Of a DNA stretch of 64,000 nt, positions 50,668-60,904 are shown piece by piece (position 1 is the first letter of the stretch; every line of letters begins with the position of its first letter). The stretch lies in contig SMSO01000014.1 of the NCBI GenBank assembly GCA_004764695.1, positions 4,908,845 through 4,972,844 on the forward strand. The letters run 5' to 3'. A program made the position numbers and the translations under genes. The notes under the pieces are model-generated. The model ran no database searches. It was not told where the DNA came from and saw only the letters and a program-made list of their open reading frames with translations. The stretch is from Schizochytrium sp. TIO01 (taxonomy: Eukaryota; Protista; Bigyra: Labyrinthulomycetes).

Positions 50668-51423
50668 GTCACTCTTATTTTAATTAAACCTACAATTTCG
50701 TTCTATTCATCATCATCATCACGTTATTCATAGTAGTTATTAGTTACGTATTGCCTACCTTTACTAGTAAGAAAGAGAGGAAGGAAGGGCCACTAGGCCT
50801 TTGTGTAGGCCTAGTAAGTACATTTTTCAATCAATCATTCTTTTTTTTTTCTTTTCTTTTTTAGTACTTTCAATTGAGAGTGACAAGATAGTATTACCTA
50901 ACCTCCTAAAAGATATTCTCTGAACCAAAAGTAACGCGGAGTAATTATCAACTTCTTTTTTCTTTAAGTTCTCTTCAAAATCGTGAATTTTTGGCTTACA
51001 CATATATAGTGAAATTGACAAACCGTGCAGAATACCTGCTCATACGGCCTAGAGTGCTTGCCGGAAGTGACTGAATCATTGTGAAAGGTCTCGAATGGAA
51101 TCCTAAAAGGTCTATGTATTTTGAGAGAACTTGGTAGGTACCTACCTCCTTATTTGGTAACCTTACCTAGAGGGTTTGCTATGACTCTGATAGGTAGGTT
51201 GCTCATAATTTCCCTACCTACGTATCTGTAAAACGATATGTGGGAATAAATAGCGCGGAGTTTGAAAGGGAAGTGTCGCACTTTGCAAGTTTGTAACTAA
51301 GAGATGAAGACGACAAAAGCGCTCTCAAGTATCTTCTAACCAAATTAATAAAGTCTTCGAAGGCAAAGTAAACACCGTTGTAACCAGACACAATATAAGT
51401 AAGATTCTTTGTGAAATTGACAG

Positions 51424-51960
51424 GGCTGGTGCGGCCATTGTTCAGACCATGCGCAATCACCCTGAAGATGAAATTATTCAACAAAATGCATGCGGTGCAC
51501 TTATGGGCTTAACTTGCAATAATGGTCTTCCCTGTATCATTCTTCGTAATGATCTGAATGCTGGTGCAGATATTATTAATGCCATTGTAGGCACCATGAA
51601 GATGCTGTTGTACAACAGAAGGCATGCGGTGCGCTTCTGAGCCTCGCCATGCATAGTATTAAAGAATGCGAGCTTTTATGTCAAGAACTCAATGCTGGCG
51701 CGGACATCCTTGACGCCATACGCAATTATAGGACAGGTCAAGCGTACAAAAGAAGGCGTGTAATGCGCTCTTAAGCTATACTTTCACTGAAATTGGTAAT
51801 CAATGAAGTATTTTGTCAAGCCATCAAAGGATGGTTCATCGTTTGTTGAGGCCTTTCAGAATCAATGAACAGTTAGCACAGCACTGCGCTACAGAAACGG
51901 CGGTATAAAACGGCACTACAGAAGGCGTGTTGTACAATTGAAGATTTTGATACTGGCAGA
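51424..51960 (+). pseudogene. Frameshifted armadillo (ARM)-repeat pseudogene
   Basis: Repeats across frames: AGAAIVQTMRNHPEDEIIQQNACGALMGL / NAGADIINAI-(fs ~51587)-RHHEDAVVQQKACGALLSL / NAGADILDAIRNY-(fs ~51740)-VQKKACNALL / ...LQKACCTI, with in-frame stops downstream. Confidence 0.7.
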
Positions 51961-54900
51961 TTTTATAAACTTGAGGTTCTTCAAGAATAGTTCAAGGCTA
52001 AGCACAACCATTGTGTAGAAGTTACATTTCTATAGATATATTCTTCTTTGCCGGGGCTATCATCCCTAGAGCAATACTTCTAATTGAGAGTTCATCAGGA
52101 GTTAAGAGTAGGAACAGGAGAGCTCAAGACAAACGAACATGCAGACAACTCTCGCAAAAAATAGAGTGGAATCAAGTGGGCATCTTAGATTAAACAATAG
52201 TATTGCTTATATTCTAATAAACATAAAAATTAAAATCCGCGATAGAAATATTTCGAGACTTCAGTAAGGTTATTTACATTGAACTAGTCTTGTAGTAAAG
52301 TAGATGACTTTGTTGGTCAGCCCTTTCTTCGCAGCCGATGTAGGACTTGGTTTCTCGATAAATATTATCCTAGTCGACTGCAAACACGCCCTAATACGAA
52401 TAATTTAGCTTAAGAAAATGGTTTGTGATGTTACTGAGAAACCCAGTCGAAAGAACTAGTGGAAAAAGGCATTGCTCGAAATTAGGGCCTCCCATCGTAA
52501 GAGCTCAAGGATTTAGGACTCACATAGAATCGAACTAGACAACCGGACTTTCGTGATTGAAGAGCATGAATCAACACATTCTCTAGAGTCAAGTATGGTG
52601 GGATCTGAATAGATGGCTGAGGAGGTGAATTAGCTTAACCTCGTCAATTATATGCAGCACAAATCAAGCATGTCATACTCCTATCAATAACAAAGGAAAG
52701 ACCACCTTGCAATTAAATTTCTAGGTTTACAGATCGCTGACTCGTAAAATTAAAGTTTGCTTAGCCTTCTTAAAGCAATCACCAAGCCTCTAACTTTCAT
52801 TTTCATGTTCCGCTTCTAGCTGACCACATTGAACTCTCAGCAGGCTCTAACGCTTTCCTCGCCCCTAAGGAGTTCGACAATATGCACACTGAGATAGGTC
52901 TTTTATACAGCATAGCCATCTCCATTCTTCTAATAACACCTTCGTAAGGATCCTCGCCGAAAAGTGGCCTTTATCCTACATCAAGTTGAAAATAATTTCA
53001 AAGAGAACTCTAGAGAATCATCGTGCACCAGTTTTAAATTGAATTGTCATGCAAACTGATGACTGTAAAATTCCTTCACTCATATGTTGCTCAAGTGAAG
53101 AGTTTTACTTGAAGGATATTGTTTGTTTGTGATGAAAGGATTGCTATGAGTTCTTACACTATGTCGGGCATTTAAGGATGGTTGAAACTAAAGAGATATG
53201 TTTCTAGTCGTGCGTAGGAAATATTGAGTTAATCCTTATAAATGAGACTCTTCTAAACTTTCCACGAACGATTTCACCTATTTTAATTGTGAAAATTATA
53301 TTGAATTGAAGAGTCTATCATATGGATTTTGTAGGCTCATTGAATGCGAAATCCTACTGAAGAAAACCTCGATTTCTGGCTTTCCTAGATGGGGTCTTCG
53401 GACCATGGAATGTCATATCATAGCCATCTGGTGGGGTGCTATACATTTTACTTTAGCTCACCTGCTTATTAAAAAAAAAAATCAAATAATGTTATCGCAA
53501 TAAATAAATGTTACCCTTTTAATCTTATGCTCTTGCTTATTTATGCTTATGCTTATGCTTACGCTTATGCTTTAAAAATGAAAATGAGACTAAACTATAA
53601 ACAATATTTAAAATGAAGCTCTTTCTAGTAATTCAGGTACATAAAATATATAATATGTTATTTTAAATGTTATTTAAAAAATAATATTTTGATTTATTAA
53701 AAAAAAAATCGATTTGGGTAATGAAATACCAAACAAAAGAAACCGCCAGGAGACCCACCCTTCGATTTCTGAATACAATTTACTTACGCTTCCGCAATAA
53801 TCACTTTCACTGCCCGACCACAAGCTCCGGGAAGGAACTTTCAGATGTACCCGAGAAGGATGGCTCGTTCACCAAATTTTATTTAAGGTAGGCCCGTACA
53901 CACTTATAGTTAAATCCTCTTCTCAAGCATCAGGAGTAAGATCAAGATAAACTCTTGAAAGCGCCGCCCCGGCACTTGCATATGCTCGTGGAAAGCCCAC
54001 CACGAGAAGTCCACTGCAGTCAGTATATGCTTACATTTGCTGCAGTGCTTGTTTGCACTTCATTAGTTGACGCCTTAGTTTGTCAACGCTGCCAATTGGC
54101 AATTCCAGAGCTATCTACATAAGATCACACAAAAGGTCAACATGCACGTGGCGCTGATCTTTGCTGCTGTTATCGACGCTGATGAAGTTGTTGAAATTGT
54201 CGTCTTGACAATGACTTTCGAAGCAAACGGACAGCAGGAAATGTGAACACGCGCAGGGAAAACTAAAAGCATACATGTCATACATGCCATACCTCATAAA
54301 CAACTCATGACATTCGAGGAGTGCTGACAGGAATGGGAACGGAGATAGAAGTTGCGTCACAAGCAAAGGTGCTCACAGTTCCATTGGGTACTAGAGATCA
54401 TCGCATTCGTCGCAATATTGTGCACCATAGCAATAAGCAGCCGCAGTACTAGCAATAAGTAGCGAGAGCTAAGGTAGGATACCTTCTGTTTCTTGTGCAC
54501 GGTCAACTTAGCTCTTGGCTTTGACAACTTGTATCGCAATCCTGAAATCCGGTGACTTGGTTCACATGCAATGGCCGAGGTAAAGTACGTTGCGGCAGGG
54601 ATTCCCTCCAGCACCGTTGGTGCTGAAGACTCCAAACTTCTAACCTGAAGAGCAGCCAAATGCCAAAGCAACAGCGAAGCAAACTAATCGAGAGTGGACG
54701 ACTCCCATAATCCAATCCCGAACCTCAGGCTCCGAGTAAACATCAGCACAAAATTAAACTACTCGCGCCCTTCGAAACCTTCGCACCAGCTACTACTATG
54801 TGCCACAGAAAAGGAATGATCTCTTGAAAGAACCTTCTCGTCGAAAAGCTTTGCGTTGATCTCACCCAAGCTGGGAGCATCGGCCGCACAAGTTAAGCTT

Positions 54901-57367
54901 GCAGCGCTCAGTATGAAGTCAGTCGGACACCATCCGATGCCTCACCATCTAATTAAACACCCATAGAAAGCCAATTAAAAACAGGGCGCTCTGGTTTCCA
55001 TTTCTTTTCATCCATTTTGCAGTTTTTTGGTTTTCGCCACCGACCGATTGGTTTATTCAATTCTCACACCATTATCATCATGACACCACGCAGAGGTATA
55101 TTATGCGAGCCCTATTTCGCGTCAAGAGCTGTCTATTTTCACACCATATATCTCGCGTCGCTCTTCAATGCTCTCCAAAATGGTTGCAATCTCAATCGCG
55201 ATTCTCCGCCTCTTTTTCGTCAAAGTTTGCAATGTCCACCGAGCACTCGCCGGACTTATTGCTCCGCACTCTTTCATACAAATTTTACAAGCTTTCCGTT
55301 CCGTTCCGTTACGCTCCGTTCCCTTCGCCCCGTTCTGTTCCATGACTGTTCTCTAGTTTTTCCCGCTGTCCGTCACGCGCGCTCCCTGTCCCTTATATTT
55401 TCACTCTCAGCGGCCCAATTCTTCCGCCGACTCCTGCCTGACTTCTTTCCTCCCTGCCCCTCCGCGCCCTTCACTTTCCATTATATTATGCTTCTACGGT
55501 TCACCGTCTGCCTCTGCACACGGTGTACTGTGTGAATCTCTCCTTCCGCCAGACCCCTCGGCTATAGTGCAATCCTATAATATATGCTATATTCTATTCC
55601 ACCTTAACTAAGATGAACCATAGTATGGAAAAAAAGGAGTCGTTAAGGAGGTTTGAGATGGAGGATGCGGTGGTGCGGGCAGTAGCGGACGCGGCTTTCT
55701 TCCTACGCCTTTGCGTTGAGTGGCGTTGAGGCGGCGCGGCGAAAGATAAGGCGTAATAGGGGGCGGCGAAAAAGGATCAAGTCCCATGCAAAAGCTCATT
55801 GACTATGGCAATAAGCAGGGGAATAAATGAAAAAAAATAAAAAATATTTAGTTTATGATAAGTATTTTAATATTATTATAAATAATTCTTTCTAAACTAG
55901 TTTTTTAATTAAATTGAAACTGATTGAAGTCTAGCCACTGGTAAAGTAAACGCTAGCGCTGAGGACTACAGATCCACAGAAACTTTTTCAATGCGCGACC
56001 TTTATCTTCAGCTAGCGAGCTGGCTAGGCTGCGCTAGGTAGGTGCTACCGAGCATTAGAGGCGCTTTTAGTTCATGAGATCACAGCGATCGCTTCTTCGA
56101 GGATGATGGTGGTCCTGAGGGCCTCGATTTCTACGCTTGGCAGTCAGTCGCCGACTGGCCTGAAGATACCTTCGAGGCTGCCTTCGCAGCTTCGCTTCAA
56201 GTCTTCCGGGCATCGAGTGAAGAAGCACGAATGGTTTTGTTTTGTTTTTTGCGATCAAAACTGTGATTCATTCATTCGTTCACGCACGCAGTAGGACGGT
56301 ACACTATAGTTAACGGTAGGTGCGTCCTATCCTTACGCACGAGGATGCATCGCGACGTATCGAGGTAGGGTCCGTGTTAGCTTTAACTATAGCAGTGGTG
56401 TGGCAAAAAGAAAGACATTACATTGGTTGAAGTGAAAGAAGAGTCAATTAATTATAATTAGAATGTTTTTTGTTTTGTTTTGTTTGTTTTTTAAGAGAAG
56501 AGAAGAAGGATAAAACTGATGAATCAATGGAATTTATGGGGGAATGAAAAAATAAGGGAATGAAAGAAAGAACAAGTTTTGTTTGAGAGAAACATCGATC
56601 GAGATAAAGAAAGAAAGAAACAAACTACAAAGACCAAGCGGCGTCGCCCTCGCGCGATCAGTGCGAGAGTCTGTGCACGCCACAACAGGGCGCCAGGTCC
56701 CGCGGAAAGCGGGCGGGGAGGCCACACAAAGCCCTTCTTGGAGTACAGCCTTGCGCTGCTCTGCAGGAACTGCTCAGGCCGCACTCATCGACTCGGGATC
56801 GAGCATCGGCATCGCACGCACGCTCCTCATTCTCGCGGCATTTAGTTTCGTTTTCTTTTGTTTTTGTTTTTCTCTCTTTCTCTTTCATTCTTTCTTTCTT
56901 TACGAAACCAAGAATCGCCAAGCAATCAAAGTCAATCAAAGGATTGGTCGATTCCGCAGCATCGTTGGCACTCACACACACACACCGACAAGGGCCTCGG
57001 GAGTGCGTACCGATTGATTGCCGCGGACAAGGATTCCAAGCAAGCAAGTTGTGGATTTTCGAAGTGGGTTTGCAGGTGCTATTGATTGACCTGTGAAGGA
57101 GGGCGTGAAACGAAGTTGGTTACACGCACTGTCTCCTTGCTCCCTGGGGATCCTAGTGCATAACAGCAGATTGATCTTGGTGCTTCAAGCTTGCATTCTT
57201 GCAACTCGCTGAGCGAGATCCTTGCGGCGAGACCTGGCAAGGACGCTTGTAGCCTGTGAGGGGTGAACTGAAGTGCCGCTCAAGGAGCAGGTACCAATTT
57301 AGTTACATACCTCACGCTGCTGCTGTAATCTGCAAGATAATCCAATAATTCTTTGCCTGGCGTAAAA

Positions 57368-59143
57368 ATGACCATGGATTCCGAGAACATTGCCAACAAG
57401 GCAGTGCCTAACGTTGTGCAGAAGAGTTCTGACAACAAGGCTGTGGATGCAGAAAAACCCACCATCGAGGTGGAGGAGCACACCGCCGAGCCGGCTACTG
57501 ATATCACCACCTCTGCTGAAGAGAACCTGGCACCATCTCTTATCACGCCTATGAGCCAGGATATCAGCAAGCTCATCAAGATTCAAACATCTTCAGCAAA
57601 CGCCAAAGCTGTGGAAAATGATCGTGAAGATGAGGATCCCACAGAAGACGCCCCCAAACCGCCCATGGTCAGCGAGGCTATGCCTGTGGAGACTTCCATC
57701 GCTCAGACTTTGCTCGGCGTCTCAACGTCCTCGTCCTCGTCCTCCGCGTCGACTCCGACAGCGGCTGCTATCAAGATTGACAAGGCAGAGCACAAAGGTG
57801 GAAACAACGTCGATATCGACGACGAGGACGACCTCGGCAACGAGGACGACGACGAGGATGACGTACCTGTAAAGCTTGATGAGGATGCTGAGCTGGCCAA
57901 GAAAAACGCCCTCCGTGCCGCCGTGGCAGCTGCAGAGGCTCGCCAGGCCGCCATTGATAGCGGCGCTCAGACTAAGGGCTCCGGGCGTTGGACTAAAGCT
58001 GAAGACGAGTCGCTCAAGCTCGCTGTGAAACAGGTCGGTGCTCGCAACTGGAAACGGATCGCGTCCGAGTACCTCGCAGACACTCGTACCGATGTACAGT
58101 GTCTGCACAGATGGCAAAAGGTTTTGAGACCGGGCCTCGTCAAGGGTCCGTGGCAACCTGAAGAAGATGATGAGATCCGTCGCTGCATTGCCAACGGCAT
58201 TACTCGTTGGAGTGAAATCGCCATGCGGGTTCCAGGGCGTATCGGAAAGCAATGCCGCGAGCGCTGGTTTAACCACCTCGACCCGTCAATCAAGCACGGT
58301 GAGTGGACCGAAGAAGAGGACCGCCTCCTCATCGAGGGCCAGAGGGCTCTCGGTAACAAATGGAGTCAGATTGCAAAGCACTACCTTCCAGGAAGGCCTG
58401 AAAACGCAGTGAAAAACCGATGGAATGCAGCTACTCGCAGGCACCGCACAGTAAATGCTAAAGAGTCCTCCGCGAAGGTTCGTGCCGCAGAAGTGGCGGC
58501 ACGTGCTGCAGAAGCTGCTGCTGCAGCTGTAATGGCACAGGTGAACTCGAGTGGAGGAAGCGCAATCGATGCTCTGACACTGGCAGCTTCGACGATGAAA
58601 GCGAGTGCTACGAAGCGTACGCGGAAGACTGCTGGCGAAGGCAAAACCGCTACTCCGAAGAGACCCCGAAAGGAAACTCAAGCTACAACGACAACAGCTC
58701 GTAGGCGCTCGGGACCGAAGAAAGCCAAGCTGGACCAACCTGTGATGAATTCTCTTATTTCACTTTGCAATGCAGCTCTTGATGATAAGGCCTCGCAGAA
58801 TGACGGAGAGGATGCGAAGAAGGGTAACAAGACTCGTGGAAAGAGGGGAGCGAGCTTTAGCGCTTCCCGGCCGCACCTCACAACACCGGCATCAATTGAC
58901 ACAAATGGCCGCAACCCTACACTTACCAGTCTCCAGACATCATCCAAGAGTGTTGTTGAAACCCCGCTCTGGAAGTCTCCGCGAATGGAAGCACCTAGCT
59001 CCATCTCGCCCAATAAACCCCCCGAGAAGGAGGCCACTGCACCGTCTCTGACCAGTCTGCAAATCCTCAGTCAAATGGTTTCTTCGAAGAAGAATAGCAA
59101 GGCTGTATCTGAGGCCATCGCCTCCATTGCTGAAAGTTCTTGA
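57368..59143 (+). CDS. 3R-MYB (R1R2R3 Myb) transcription factor
   Basis: Three Myb repeats: GRWTKAED...RTDVQCLHRWQKVL, PGLVKGPW...GRIGKQCRERWFNHL, and GEWTEEED...GNKWSQIA...PGRPENAVKNRWN. The first ATG is at 57368 and a second at 57374; basic NLS-like tracts follow. Confidence 0.95.
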   Translation: MTMDSENIANKAVPNVVQKSSDNKAVDAEKPTIEVEEHTAEPATDITTSAEENLAPSLITPMSQDISKLIKIQTSSANAKAVENDREDEDPTEDAPKPPMVSEAMPVETSIAQTLLGVSTSSSSSSASTPTAAAIKIDKAEHKGGNNVDIDDEDDLGNEDDDEDDVPVKLDEDAELAKKNALRAAVAAAEARQAAIDSGAQTKGSGRWTKAEDESLKLAVKQVGARNWKRIASEYLADTRTDVQCLHRWQKVLRPGLVKGPWQPEEDDEIRRCIANGITRWSEIAMRVPGRIGKQCRERWFNHLDPSIKHGEWTEEEDRLLIEGQRALGNKWSQIAKHYLPGRPENAVKNRWNAATRRHRTVNAKESSAKVRAAEVAARAAEAAAAAVMAQVNSSGGSAIDALTLAASTMKASATKRTRKTAGEGKTATPKRPRKETQATTTTARRRSGPKKAKLDQPVMNSLISLCNAALDDKASQNDGEDAKKGNKTRGKRGASFSASRPHLTTPASIDTNGRNPTLTSLQTSSKSVVETPLWKSPRMEAPSSISPNKPPEKEATAPSLTSLQILSQMVSSKKNSKAVSEAIASIAESS

Positions 59144-59780
59144 GAATACCTAACCCGACTCTGCCCCCCTGCTTAATTACATTCCGTGACCAGGCGCATT
59201 TTTCGGCCCTGGTTCTACATATATTTTTGTTGTTCTGAAAAAGGACACCCCCCGTATTTCGTCGCCTAGATTTGTCTTTGTGGCCTCGTATGGTCAGAAT
59301 CTCTGTTGACCTGTTGCTAATATGTTATAGTTCTTTATCGTTCTTGCCTCTTTCAACAGCAAGTCTCGTCTTATTGAAAAGTCAGTCTCGCAAGACGATC
59401 ATTGACTATGTACCGACCACAAATACCCAAAGACCCACATTTAATGGAAATACAAGATTATATAGATGATGTTCAACCTGTACGTGTGATTCAACCTTTA
59501 TTTTTGCTACCTTGAGAGAAGTTGTTGACTGAGTTCCTTCATCTTGAGAGCGCGGTTACTGCTGTGCAGTGCCATGCCATGAAATCTTCCGGCATTGAGC
59601 ATGATTCTGCATAATTGAATCTATAGGCAAAAACGAACGTAAAAAAGTATTGATTTAAGCTTACGATTTACTCGATTGACTTATGTCAAAATTGTGGAGA
59701 ATAGGAGCATTTTTTAATTTCTTAATATTTCGCGTCTCGAGACGGCGTAAGAAACGAAATCGTCCATCTGGTGATCTTAT

Positions 59781-60904
59781 TCACAAACTAGACTCGGTGC
59801 CGGTCGGTGCGGGCTCAGCAAGCATCTCCTTGATGCGGTTCTCCATGGTGAGTGCCGGAGTCTTAGGCTCGAAGCGCTCAATTACAGAGCCATCGCGGTT
59901 GACAAGAAACTTGGTAAAGTTCCACTTGATCATTGCGAGAGGGACCATGGAGTCACTCTTGCCGACGTCTGTAGAGTAGTTGTTGAATTGTACACTCATG
60001 TTAGCTTCATCCCAACAACAAGAATGCATACTTATTTTGCTCGAGATACTTACTTTTCAGGTAGGTCCACAGAGGATGCGCATCGTCACCGTTCACTTCG
60101 ATCTTCTCGGTAAGAGTGAATGCGATAGGCGGGTCAAACTATAATAATAGAACAATTCACTTGAAGAGAAACACGTCAGTCATACATTGTTTTGCCTTGG
60201 GAGTATTGCTCAGTTTTCGTTGTGTTTATAAATCAACACAAAGTGATCTACATACCTGGGTCGAGACAAACTCGCGGATCTCAGCAGCATCACCGGGCTC
60301 CTGGCCAGCAAATCTGTTGGTCACAATTTATAATGCAAATACGCAGTATTTAACGAAAACCACGTGGTGTCAGTAATCTTCTTCTTTTTCAAAACAGTCA
60401 AATTCAGCCTCTCGTGAGCAGTACTATAATTTCACCATCTTCGACCTCATCTGTCCATACATGCATCCACGGAAATGTCGGCCAAACTAAAGTGTATTTG
60501 CTTCATCCCAACACAGAAATTATCTTTGAAAATCACTACTATAGCCAATCATCTGTATCTTTTGATCAAAGCGTTTCACGAGCACAGCGTAGAGCACTGG
60601 ACTGCAATATTTCAAGCCTCAACAGAACACATCACTTCGCAAGGTTTCTGCACACTTACTGATTGCATGGGAAGCCCACAATGACAAGGCCGTCCTTGGC
60701 GTAGGAGTCGTGAAGCTTCTGGAGGCCAGTGTACTCACCCTTGGTGAGTCCACACTTGCCGGCCACGTTCACAAGCACGAGAACCTTGCCCTTGAGCGTG
60801 GAGAAGTCAAGCGGCTCACCCTCAAGGGTCTTAAGAGAAGCCTCGTACACGCTGTTCATCTTCGCAGGCTGAGTCGTCACAAAGCTCTTGATGGCCTTAA
60901 ACAT
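59781..60904 (-). CDS. Glutathione peroxidase (Cys-type GPx); 4 exons
   Basis: Exons 60904-60660, 60313-60256, 60138-60054 and 59968-59781, with GT-AG introns in consistent phase. Motifs [35 protein letters not shown] and [10 protein letters not shown]. Confidence 0.95.

Noticed and set aside
59781-59783. GPx TGA as selenocysteine or readthrough
   Set aside because: The TGA follows the complete domain, the catalytic position is Cys, and no SECIS was recognised
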